A stretch of 61,627 bases of DNA, taken from assembly GCA_964354795.1 (NCBI GenBank), contig CAYHBB010000005.1, positions 1 to 61,627 of the forward strand. The letters are read 5' to 3'. The notes beneath the pieces are model-generated. The model saw only the letters and a program-made list of their open reading frames with translations, was not told the origin of the DNA and did no database searches. This DNA is from an uncultured Planctomycetales bacterium. Its GTDB lineage: Bacteria > Omnitrophota > Gorgyraeia > Gygaellales > Profunditerraquicolaceae. Of the stretch, positions 43,087 to 51,836 are shown one piece after another; position 1 is the first letter of the stretch; every line of letters begins with the position of its first letter. The translations under genes were made by a program, and so were the position numbers.

Positions 43087-44286
43087 TTATTCGAGGTAAG
43101 TATAGATCTTTCCCTTGTAATTGCGCAAGACGAACTTCCCCTTGGCCTGGGAAAGTATATAATTTGGGCCGACTGGGATCTTGCCGCCACCGCCTGGCCC
43201 GTCGATGACATAAGTCGGGACAGCGTAGCCTGAAGTATGTCCGCGCAGCTTTTCCATGATGTTTATGCCGACGGAAACCGGGGTGCGAAAATGCTGAGTG
43301 CCGCGAACGGGATCGCACTGGTAAATATAATATGGCCGCACCCGTATCTGAAGCAACTCATGCAACAGCTTTTTCATGATATAGGGACGATCGTTAATAC
43401 CTTTTAAAAGCACAGTCTGACTACCCAGCGGAACTCCGGACTCGGAAAGCATATCGCAGGCTATTTTGCAGCGCTTAGTGATCTCTTTGGGGTGGTTAAA
43501 ATGGATGCTCATCCAGATAGGCGAATAAATCTTTAGCATATTCACCAAACTCTCGGTGACTCTTTGCGGCAAGGTGACAGGAATACGCGTGCCTATCCTT
43601 AAAAATTCCACATGGGAAATAGAGCGGATCTTCTGCAGTAGATTTTCCAGTTCTTCGTCTTCAAGCAGAAGCGGATCTCCGCCGGAAATCAGAACATCGC
43701 GGATCTTACGGTTCTGACGGATATACTCAATCGCCGCGTCAAAACGAGTTGCTCCGGACTCTCCCTTGGGCTCATGGTCACCTACCAGGCGACGGCGAGT
43801 GCAGTGACGGCAATACATAGCACAGGCTTCGGTGGCCAATAATAGTACTCTATCCGGATAACGATGAACCAAGTGCGGCGCCGGAGAATCCCGATCCTCG
43901 GCACACGGGTCAGTCATCTCGTGCGGTGAAACAGCAGATTCCTCTGCCACCGGCACTGCCTGACGACGAATAGGACAAGTGGCATCCTCTTGATCCATCA
44001 AGGCTGCCCAGTAAGGAGTGATAGCCATAGAAAGCCTGCCCTTAGCCTTATCAATCCCCTTTTCTTCCTCAGGTGTAAGTTTAATGATCTGAGAAAGCAG
44101 CTCCTTGTTGCAAACTCTGTTTTTCAGCTGCCAACGCCAATCTTCCCAATCCAGAGGATTCACATCCTTATATAGTGAGATCTGCTGGTAATCGCGCGGC
44201 CTTCTGATAATGCGCGGCGTGCTTTGCGTTTCCTGCTGCTGGCTTAGAGTTTTATGGTTTTCGATTAGCGACTGAGGATGACTCAA
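43087..44286 (-). CDS. KamA-family radical SAM aminomutase (lysine 2,3-aminomutase-like)
   Basis: CAMYCRHCTRR cluster motif, N-terminal WEDWRWQLKNR, and ISGGDPL. Confidence 0.85.
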   Translation of the reverse strand: MSHPQSLIENHKTLSQQQETQSTPRIIRRPRDYQQISLYKDVNPLDWEDWRWQLKNRVCNKELLSQIIKLTPEEEKGIDKAKGRLSMAITPYWAALMDQEDATCPIRRQAVPVAEESAVSPHEMTDPCAEDRDSPAPHLVHRYPDRVLLLATEACAMYCRHCTRRRLVGDHEPKGESGATRFDAAIEYIRQNRKIRDVLISGGDPLLLEDEELENLLQKIRSISHVEFLRIGTRIPVTLPQRVTESLVNMLKIYSPIWMSIHFNHPKEITKRCKIACDMLSESGVPLGSQTVLLKGINDRPYIMKKLLHELLQIRVRPYYIYQCDPVRGTQHFRTPVSVGINIMEKLRGHTSGYAVPTYVIDGPGGGGKIPVGPNYILSQAKGKFVLRNYKGKIYTYLE

Positions 44287-45284
44287 TTTAACTTTTTCCT
44301 TTCTGAGGCACTTTTAAGTATAGCCTCAATAAGTTCTTCGTATTTCATCCCCGCGGCATAAGCCATGATCGGGAAATTCGACTCCCGGGGGTTTAACCCC
44401 GGCAATGGGTTGATCTCCAAGACATAGGGGACACCATTACTATCCAAGCGTATATCGGTGCGCGAAATATCCAGGCAGCCGACGGCGCGGTGCGTGCGCA
44501 CCACTACATCCTTAACGCGCTCCTCTGTCTCCTTATCCAGGCGCGCCGGGCAATGGAATGTGGGCACCAGCCCCATCTCCCGATTACCCTGATACTCTTT
44601 CATTCTCCAGGAATAAAAATATTCTCCGCTTTGCCTGCAGCTTTCGAAATCGATTTCCAAAATAGGCAGAACGCTGGTCTTTCCGTTTTCCAAAATTCCA
44701 ACGGTAAGCTCCTTACCTTCGATGAATTCCTCGACCAGAGCCTCCTGCTTATATACCTCGATTATCTCTTTGGCCTTGGCCTCAAGCTCTTCGATATTGC
44801 GCACCACATTGGATTTATTGATGCCCTTTGCAGAACCCTCACAGTTGGGCTTGACGATCATGGGAAATCTTAATGAGGGATCCAGAGTTTCTTTGCCGGT
44901 TGAGAAAACCTGAAAATTGGGAGTAGGGATACCTTCGGCTTTCAATATTTTTTTGGTAAGGGCCTTGTTCAAAGCCAGGGCAAGCGAAAAAGTGTCGGAG
45001 CCCGTATAAGGAATATTCAAGTAATCCAGCACTGCCGGAACTTCCGATTCACGGAACTTGCCGCATTTACCTTCAGCGATATTAAAAACCATATCTACCC
45101 GATTTTTACGAAAATACGAAAAAAGACCGGGATACTCCACGTCGATAGTATCCACGCTATGGCCTTTATTTTTAAGGGCTGAGGTAATGGCGTTGATAGT
45201 TTCCTCGGAGTCCCACTCCGAGAAATAATCCGCCGGAAGGTTTGAATCTTTCTTTTTTAGATTACAAGTCAGGGCAATTTTCAT
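44283..45284 (-). CDS. D-Ala-D-Ala ligase-family ATP-grasp enzyme, copy 1
   Basis: ATP-grasp fold (IVKPNCEGSAKGI, EEFIEGKELTVG, EINPLPGL). It overlaps the kamA-like start by 4 nt. Confidence 0.75.
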   Translation of the reverse strand: MKIALTCNLKKKDSNLPADYFSEWDSEETINAITSALKNKGHSVDTIDVEYPGLFSYFRKNRVDMVFNIAEGKCGKFRESEVPAVLDYLNIPYTGSDTFSLALALNKALTKKILKAEGIPTPNFQVFSTGKETLDPSLRFPMIVKPNCEGSAKGINKSNVVRNIEELEAKAKEIIEVYKQEALVEEFIEGKELTVGILENGKTSVLPILEIDFESCRQSGEYFYSWRMKEYQGNREMGLVPTFHCPARLDKETEERVKDVVVRTHRAVGCLDISRTDIRLDSNGVPYVLEINPLPGLNPRESNFPIMAYAAGMKYEELIEAILKSASERKKLN

Positions 45285-45287
45285 TTA

Positions 45288-46310
45288 TTAATTCAGGTTG
45301 TGGCGCTTAAGAGCGCTCTGCAGGATCTTTCCGATCATCTGCTCGTAAGTGATGCCGATACTTTCGGCAATAAGCTTAAATACGTCTTCGGTAGAAAGTG
45401 ACGGCAGCGGATTTATCTCAAGGACATAAGGCTTGCCCTCATTATCTACCCTAAAATCCACCCGGCCAAAATCTTTGCACTCTACCGATTTATAAACCTT
45501 TAGCGCCAAAGCACTCAAGCTATTCCGCAGTTCCGCGGAGATCTTTGCCGGACAGATATATTCCAACCTATTGGAGGTGATACGGGCAAAGGTATAAAAC
45601 TTGTCGTTAAGCTTAAGTTTCCCGTCGATCTTGATCTGCACCACCGGCATCACCTCGGGGCGATCATTGCCGACAATAGCCACGGTAAACTCCTGGCCGG
45701 ATATAAACTCTTCCACCAGCGCCGGTTGTTTGTAAGTATTGACCACAAAATCGATCTGCTTCATCAGCTCTTCCCGGTTTTCTACGCGGGAACTCTCACT
45801 CAATCCCTTGGAAGAGCCCTCAAAGCGCGGCTTGACTATAAGTGGATAGCGGTGATGGTTCATGTTGCGAATTTCTTGACTAGAGTTTGCTTCGAAAAAT
45901 TTCGGGGTAGGGATTCCGTCGGCGATAAAGATCTTCTTGGCCATCACTTTATCTAAAGTCAAGCCAAGGGTCAAGGCGTCTGCGCCAACAAAAGGGATGC
46001 GGGCCATCTCAAGCAACATAGGCACTTGAGATTCACGGTTACGTCCGGTAAGGCCTTCAGAAATATTGAAGACGATATCAGCTTTAAGCGAACCGATTTT
46101 ATCCATAAGATTGACCACGTTGCCAATGCGCTCTACCTTGAAACCGTTGGCTTCGATCGCTTTGGCGATAACGCCTATCGTCGATGGATGGTCAAACTCA
46201 GCATTGGCATCCGGAGGATCTCCGGGCTTAAATTTGTATTCTGACCTTAAATCGTATGTTAAGCCTACTGTTTTCATAAATGAGCACTGGTAGTCCCCAC
46301 CTCGCACCAT
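45288..46310 (-). CDS. D-Ala-D-Ala ligase-family ATP-grasp enzyme, copy 2
   Basis: A paralog of the preceding gene (IVKPRFEGSSKGL, EEFISGQEFTVA, EINPLPSL). An alternative start is the ATG at 46277 (MKTVGLTYDL, parallel to MKIALTCNL). Confidence 0.75.
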   Translation of the reverse strand: MVRGGDYQCSFMKTVGLTYDLRSEYKFKPGDPPDANAEFDHPSTIGVIAKAIEANGFKVERIGNVVNLMDKIGSLKADIVFNISEGLTGRNRESQVPMLLEMARIPFVGADALTLGLTLDKVMAKKIFIADGIPTPKFFEANSSQEIRNMNHHRYPLIVKPRFEGSSKGLSESSRVENREELMKQIDFVVNTYKQPALVEEFISGQEFTVAIVGNDRPEVMPVVQIKIDGKLKLNDKFYTFARITSNRLEYICPAKISAELRNSLSALALKVYKSVECKDFGRVDFRVDNEGKPYVLEINPLPSLSTEDVFKLIAESIGITYEQMIGKILQSALKRHNLN

Positions 46311-46620
46311 GTGTCAAAATTCTCTTCGATAATTTTGACACGCTCGGTGGGGTTAATTCGGGTATATAACTTACCCCACAGGGGTAGGCCTTCCTATACC
46401 TTTTAAGGAAGGGCCTTATGTCGCCTATAATTAAATAATTTCTCCATAAGTTATGCCCTCATTAAAAATAAAGGGCCCAATTCCTTTCTGAGCCCTTAAA
46501 AGATTTCGCCTTATTTTTCAAAGTTGGTTTAAATCCTCCTCACGCGTTACTCTATATATTGTATCTACACTTATTTTTATCACAACCTGTAGTCAATGTC
46601 AAGAAGATTCTGCTTAATAA

Positions 46621-46647
46621 CCGCCGCGCGCGGCGCGGCGCCGCGCA
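46621..46647 (-). terminator. GC-only palindrome cluster after the UPF0280-like gene (weak terminator candidate)
   Basis: CCGCCGCGCGCGGCGCGGCGCCGCGC contains the perfect palindrome GCGCGGCGCCGCGC. In the RNA sense it is followed by TTATTAAG, which is not a clean T-run. Confidence 0.3.
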
Positions 46648-46668
46648 ATTTCACCGACGGAGATATGC

Positions 46669-47406
46669 TTATTTATCAAATTCCACTTTCCCCCAGCTGA
46701 TCATATTGTTTTTTAAGATGATCACCACGCCCACAATACCTTTTATGACGCGGGCGAAATCCACCGCCTTCTGCAAATCTTTCTTGGAATGAACTAGATT
46801 GCCTACGGCAGTAGCCACAGCATCGGCAAGCGCGGTATTCTTGGAAAGAATGATCACGCTATCGGCAGAACCGAAACTCAAAGAATGGCCGACAGTTCCG
46901 CTTGAAGTGCAGACTCCGATAGGCGTATCTTTGGGGAATATTTTTAGCCTCAGGGTATTCCATAATTTAGATTTCCCAGCGTAAATACCGATAGTGCGCA
47001 TCTTACGGGTTTTTAAGAAGATATCTCCGCCATTTTCTATGATCACGTCCTTGTGCCCGGCTTTCAGCAGGTCCCTGCCTATATACTCAGAGATTGCTCC
47101 GGCAATCGTAGCCATCGGCCCGACATTGGCGATTTTTGCCGCCTCAGCCATAGCCTGAATTATCGGCGGAGCGGTCAGCTCCACGGCGATAGGCTTAAGG
47201 GCAACCAGGAACCTTCTATCTTTAGAAATGTAACTCTCGATATCCCAGCGGTAATGCCGGATCCGCTCCTCGATAAAATCCTTAGGAATGATCTTATTGG
47301 TAAGGATCTGCAGGTCGGTTTCCCGGGCGATAATATGCATTAAATGCAGATCTTTAGCGTTCACCCAGTCACGATAGAACCGCCTTTGATATTTTTGTGA
47401 TTTCAT
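46669..47406 (-). CDS. UPF0280 (ApbE-like superfamily) protein
   Basis: VGPMATIAGAISEY, IENGGDIF, and CTSSGTVGHSLSFGSADSV, as recalled for UPF0280 members. Confidence 0.55.
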   Translation of the reverse strand: MKSQKYQRRFYRDWVNAKDLHLMHIIARETDLQILTNKIIPKDFIEERIRHYRWDIESYISKDRRFLVALKPIAVELTAPPIIQAMAEAAKIANVGPMATIAGAISEYIGRDLLKAGHKDVIIENGGDIFLKTRKMRTIGIYAGKSKLWNTLRLKIFPKDTPIGVCTSSGTVGHSLSFGSADSVIILSKNTALADAVATAVGNLVHSKKDLQKAVDFARVIKGIVGVVIILKNNMISWGKVEFDK

Positions 47407-47407
47407 T

Positions 47408-48415
47408 TCAACAAATCCTCGGCAGCGGCTCGCTGGTCAACATATCTACGATGCGCTGAGTCCCCAGAATCGTGTTCATTACTACCCTACCCTTTTGCTC
47501 TTTGCTTACCTCGCCGATTATCTTTGCGTTGCGGCCTAAGGAGTGTTTCTTGAGTAAGCTTAAGATTTTCTTCTCGCTACCATTCTTTACGATCAATATC
47601 GCCCGGCCCTCATTAGCCACATACAAAGAATCGATCCCCAGCAGCTCACAAGCAGTGCGCACTTTATCCGAGATCGGAATATTCTTCTCATCGATTAAAA
47701 TCCCTAAACCCGTCTGCTCTGCCACTTCATTCAACGCCGTAGCTAGGCCGCCGCGCGTAGGGTCGCGCATGAACTTTACCACATCGGTTTTTTTAAGAAC
47801 TGGAATAAGCAAAACGTTTAAAGCCGCGCAGTCGCTTTGGATATTAAACCCCAGATCCAGCTCTTTACGTTTGGCTAAAACACTTAAGCCGTGCTGGCCT
47901 ATCTCGCCGGTAATAATGATTTTATCCCCCGGCAAAATATTCTTTACCGAGAGCGCTGTGTTCTTAAGCACCCTTCCGATACCGGAGGTATTTATGAATA
48001 TTTTATCACAAGCAGACTTCTCTACAACCTTTAAATCCCCGGTTACAATGCGTACACCGGCCTTACGCGCCTCAAGACTTATGGAGCGAACTATCTTCTC
48101 AAACAGTTTCTGCTCCAGGCCCTCTTCAATAATAAAAGCAAGAGAGAGGTATTCTGGAACGGCCCCGCACATCACCAGGTCATTGACCGTGCCGCAGACC
48201 GCAAGCTTGCCGATATCCCCTCCGGGAAACTCCAGAGGACTGACCACGAAAGAATCGGTGGTAAAAGCTAACTTTTCTTTGTAATTTATGGATGCCCCGT
48301 CGGCAAGCTCTCGAAGTATGGGGTTGTCAAACTCTTTTAAAAGCAGGCCCTTGATCAGATTATGAGCGAGCCTGCCTCCGCTTCCGTGAGCAAGAAGTAT
48401 ATTTTCACCGGACAT
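47408..48415 (-). CDS. hypE: Hydrogenase maturation carbamoyl dehydratase HypE
   Basis: AIR-synthase-like fold and the diagnostic C-terminal PRIC. Confidence 0.9.
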   Translation of the reverse strand: MSGENILLAHGSGGRLAHNLIKGLLLKEFDNPILRELADGASINYKEKLAFTTDSFVVSPLEFPGGDIGKLAVCGTVNDLVMCGAVPEYLSLAFIIEEGLEQKLFEKIVRSISLEARKAGVRIVTGDLKVVEKSACDKIFINTSGIGRVLKNTALSVKNILPGDKIIITGEIGQHGLSVLAKRKELDLGFNIQSDCAALNVLLIPVLKKTDVVKFMRDPTRGGLATALNEVAEQTGLGILIDEKNIPISDKVRTACELLGIDSLYVANEGRAILIVKNGSEKKILSLLKKHSLGRNAKIIGEVSKEQKGRVVMNTILGTQRIVDMLTSEPLPRIC

Positions 48416-48416
48416 G

Positions 48417-49031
48417 TTAATTTACCATGACTCCCACGCTGGCTAAATCCTGCTTCAATTGCTCAGGACTGGTAAAAAGAAAACTGTTGATGCCAAGACC
48501 TTTAGCGCTATCCACCAACTCCTGCCGGTCATCGGTGTAAAAAACATTTTCCGGCTGAGCCTTTAACTCCTCAAGTACTTTTCTATAGATATCCTGATCG
48601 GGCTTGATCATACCCATTTCATAAGAAGCAAAAACCCGGTGAAAAACATTAAAAACCGGAAAATACTGCTTCAAGTACTCATGGTGCAAGACGTTGATGT
48701 TGGACAATAACGCCACCTGATAATGGGCATGCAGGTTATTCGCCAGGCTGTATACCGCGCGGTTGGTGGCGGTAAGAAAGAATATATCGTTCCATATCGG
48801 GACAAAGGATTGATACTCCAGCCTCAGATCAAGAGTCTCTTTTACCCGGCGAAAAAACTCCTCTGGGGTGATCTTACCCTCCTCAAAAAGAATAGTGGCC
48901 TCGGAAAGGAAAAAAAGGTCGAATATTTCCCTGGGAGTCTTGTTGCAAAAATTAGAGATGCGCTCGGCAGCCCGCAGGTGATCGAAGTCGATCAAAACCT
49001 TGCCCAAATCTAAGATTATAGCGTGGATCAA
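48417..49031 (-). CDS. HAD-superfamily phosphatase (YihX-like DLG variant)
   Basis: Motif I reads ILDLGKVLIDFD, as in YihX FDLGNVIVDID. Motif IV reads FYTDD. Confidence 0.6.
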   Translation of the reverse strand: MIHAIILDLGKVLIDFDHLRAAERISNFCNKTPREIFDLFFLSEATILFEEGKITPEEFFRRVKETLDLRLEYQSFVPIWNDIFFLTATNRAVYSLANNLHAHYQVALLSNINVLHHEYLKQYFPVFNVFHRVFASYEMGMIKPDQDIYRKVLEELKAQPENVFYTDDRQELVDSAKGLGINSFLFTSPEQLKQDLASVGVMVN

Positions 49032-50041
49032 TTTCCTTTATCCTTGGCGTTGCGGAAAAGGTCGAGAAATCGGTCCTCGTAATCCTTATACACGTTCCAT
49101 TTATCCAGCTCAGCCTTAAGCTCGTGGGCTTTTTTAAGGTCAGATGTAGCCTCGGCAAATAATTTCTCTATCTTGTCTTTTACCGACGCGGGAAGCTTGG
49201 TCAGCTGGGATAAAGCCCTCTTGATCTTCTCGATCTCTTCCTCGTTTATGGGCGTGGGTTGTCCCGGAGTGCCGGTCTTAAGATAGTCCATGAGTTTATT
49301 GATCTCCACTTCTATGGCATGGACCTGCTCTTGGAGGCCGGCAAAATCGATCTTGATATCGTAGATCTTGGAGAAAACCGTAAGCACCGCCTGCGCTGCC
49401 TTAGGATTCTCGATCTGGATGGTATAAAGCGGCATCTCCCCTAACAAACAGAAGCCCTTAAACCCTTCCTGTTTGGCAATCCCTAAAAATAATCCATTCA
49501 TTCCGCTTACCTGGCCCTCATTAAGCATGTTCAGGTTGTATTTCTTCAAACTCTCCCGGATCTGCGGATGGGTCGCGGCAAACCAGACCGCCGGATTCTG
49601 GGTGTGGTCAATAGGAAGAGGCATGGAGGCAAATCCCACCAAGGTATCGGCCTTGAAAAGTTTGGCCACATAAAGGATGCGCTTAGAGTATTCTTCGGCT
49701 TTAGCCAGGTCAGGCTGGGCATTACTGATAAAAACGATCAGGTCGTGCTCGCCGGCCTTTCCGCCAAAATACTTGGCGGACCCGCCACGCCTTGTGGCGG
49801 GATTTTTCCAGAAATAAAACTTCCCCAAGGGTAGATCCGGAACGCTTAATATGCCTTCCTTAATCATGCTTCCTGTAAGATAAAAGAACTCTTCGGCCGG
49901 TATAGCGGCGAACTCCTCGGCTTTTAATTTCTCGACCAGGTAACTTGCCGCTTTAAAGGCCACCTCCCCCATCCCCGGCCAGGCGACGATCATGTATGGT
50001 TTCTTTAGTTTAGGTCTTTTGGTGATTTTTACGCCATCCAT
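49028..50041 (-). CDS. PAC2 (proteasome assembly chaperone 2-like) family protein
   Basis: PYMIVAWPGMGEVAFKAASYL start and GMNGLFLG are typical of PF09754. There is a C-terminal coiled-coil tail. Confidence 0.5.
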   Translation of the reverse strand: MDGVKITKRPKLKKPYMIVAWPGMGEVAFKAASYLVEKLKAEEFAAIPAEEFFYLTGSMIKEGILSVPDLPLGKFYFWKNPATRRGGSAKYFGGKAGEHDLIVFISNAQPDLAKAEEYSKRILYVAKLFKADTLVGFASMPLPIDHTQNPAVWFAATHPQIRESLKKYNLNMLNEGQVSGMNGLFLGIAKQEGFKGFCLLGEMPLYTIQIENPKAAQAVLTVFSKIYDIKIDFAGLQEQVHAIEVEINKLMDYLKTGTPGQPTPINEEEIEKIKRALSQLTKLPASVKDKIEKLFAEATSDLKKAHELKAELDKWNVYKDYEDRFLDLFRNAKDKGN

Positions 50042-50053
50042 AGCAATTACTCC

Positions 50054-51193
50054 TTAATTAAAATTATAATTCTTTAAAAACTCCTCTAACAACAACGTTC
50101 CCTTATACAAACTATCGATTTTAACAAATTCATCGGCGGCATGCGCGCATCCGCCAGAACCAAATCCCGTGGCTACCGCCGGGATATTTTTTTGCTGAAA
50201 AAAGGTGATCACTGTTGCGCCCTCCGAGCCTTTGGCCCTGGCGATTACTTTGGCTTTCCTGGCCGCCTTTTTTAAACAGCTCACCAGCTCATGGGCCTCC
50301 TCGATATTATACGGCTGCTGGATACCCTGGACCTCGACCTTATACTTTTTGGTGTATGAGCTTAAAATCTTCTTTACCTTGCTGATGATCTCAGGCGCGT
50401 GGCTGCCGGGAAGAAAACGGAAATCCAACTCAAACTCGCACCAGTCCGCCACGATGTTCACCTTGTCCCCGCCCCTGATAGTGCCCACATTAATCGTAGG
50501 AGGTCGCAGATATTTATGCCGGGTGCGGGAAAACTTGATCTTTTTGATTTCCTTAATAGCATTGATTGCGATATCGATAGCGTTTATCCCGCGCCAGGGA
50601 TATGCCCCGTGCGCCCGCTTGCCGGTTATCTTGACGGTCATATGCATGAGGCCCTTTTGGGAAACGATGATATCGAAATCATCGGCATCCAGGACCACCG
50701 CGGCATCCGGTCTTAAAATATTTCTATTCAATAGCGGGATCAGGCCTAAGTCCGAACCGGTTTCTTCATCAGCGGTGGCGGCGAAAATCAGAGTATATGG
50801 CAAAACCACGCCTTCTTCAATTAAACTGTTGATGGCTTCTAAAGCAGTTGAGATATTGCACTTGCAATCCGTTGCCCCCAAGCCGTAAATCTTATTTCCC
50901 TTGATCCTTGCCGATAGCGGACCCATTGTCCAGCTTCTTCCCGCAGGAACAGTATCCAGGTGCGGAGTGATCAGAAGAGACTTAGAACCACTGCCCTTGA
51001 TCATCGCGATGACATTAGGCCGATTCTTCTTAAACTCATAAACCCTGGAGTTTATCCCTAAGCGTTTTAAGTAATCCGCCACAAAACCCGCGATCTTTTT
51101 TTCGTCTCCGGGAGGATTCTGGGAATCTATCTGGACAAGCTTACGGGTAAGCTGTATTAAACGCTTCTTATTGACCATGACCCACCAAATCAA
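50054..51193 (-). CDS. M20-family metallopeptidase (ArgE/DapE-like deacylase)
   Basis: LITPHLDTVP, ATDCK, and ADEETGS metal-ligand motifs. The start may be the ATG at 51178. Confidence 0.75.
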   Translation of the reverse strand: MIWWVMVNKKRLIQLTRKLVQIDSQNPPGDEKKIAGFVADYLKRLGINSRVYEFKKNRPNVIAMIKGSGSKSLLITPHLDTVPAGRSWTMGPLSARIKGNKIYGLGATDCKCNISTALEAINSLIEEGVVLPYTLIFAATADEETGSDLGLIPLLNRNILRPDAAVVLDADDFDIIVSQKGLMHMTVKITGKRAHGAYPWRGINAIDIAINAIKEIKKIKFSRTRHKYLRPPTINVGTIRGGDKVNIVADWCEFELDFRFLPGSHAPEIISKVKKILSSYTKKYKVEVQGIQQPYNIEEAHELVSCLKKAARKAKVIARAKGSEGATVITFFQQKNIPAVATGFGSGGCAHAADEFVKIDSLYKGTLLLEEFLKNYNFN

Positions 51194-51830
51194 TCCTTAA
51201 CGGGCACACTGCGCACTTAGGCTTTGACTTAAGGCAATACTCCTTGGCCAGCCTCACGATAAGCGCGTGATACTCATTAAATAATTGTACACTGGATTCG
51301 AGGTTTTGGGTAAAAAATCTTTGCACTGCCTGATAATCGCTATCCTCAGGGGTAAGCCCGTGCCGAGAGCTAAATCTTTTGGTATAGGCATCCACCACGA
51401 ACACCGGTTTATTCAACGCATAAAGCAGTATGGAATCCGCGGTCTCCTCCCCTATGCCGTTGACCGAGAGCAACTGACCGCGCAAAACATCTGTGTTAGC
51501 CGCACGCATCTTGCGCATATTAGCACTATAACTATCCAGATAAAACTTAAGGAAATTCTTCAATCGCTTAGCCTTGATATTAAAATACCCGGCAGGACGC
51601 AATAGCTTAGCCAATTTCTTTTGCGGCATGCGGTAAAGCTTACGCGCATCCAGCGCTTTGGCTTTTTTGATATTGACGATAGCCCGCTCTACATTCTGCC
51701 AATTAGTGTTCTGGGTGAGGATCGCGCCCACTATCACCTCTAACGGCGTTTTACCCGGCCACCAATGCTGCGGACCGAAACTCTTATAGAGTTTTTGATA
51801 GATCAAATTAAGCTTGCGGGATTTTGTCAT
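51168..51830 (-). CDS. Endonuclease III-like HhH-GPD protein with an Fe-S cluster loop
   Basis: LTQNTNW, the HhH segment LLSVNGIGEETADSILLY, and C-x6-C-x2-C (CLKSKPKCAVCPL). Confidence 0.7.
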   Translation of the reverse strand: MTKSRKLNLIYQKLYKSFGPQHWWPGKTPLEVIVGAILTQNTNWQNVERAIVNIKKAKALDARKLYRMPQKKLAKLLRPAGYFNIKAKRLKNFLKFYLDSYSANMRKMRAANTDVLRGQLLSVNGIGEETADSILLYALNKPVFVVDAYTKRFSSRHGLTPEDSDYQAVQRFFTQNLESSVQLFNEYHALIVRLAKEYCLKSKPKCAVCPLRIDLVGHGQ

Positions 51831-51836
51831 CCTGGA

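Noticed and set aside
43046-43318. A 90-aa minus-strand ORF overlapping the kamA-like 3' end in another frame. Similar cases are 20230-20415, 21723-21929, 21917-22150, 40976-41239, 52580-52885, 52982-53188 and 55707-55919.
   Set aside because: These are alternative-frame ORFs inside confidently called genes, with biased Arg/Ser/Cys composition.
46559-46792. A 77-aa plus-strand ORF partly in the 46311-46668 spacer.
   Set aside because: It runs through the GC palindrome and into the antisense of the UPF0280-like gene. It has no SD and no motif.
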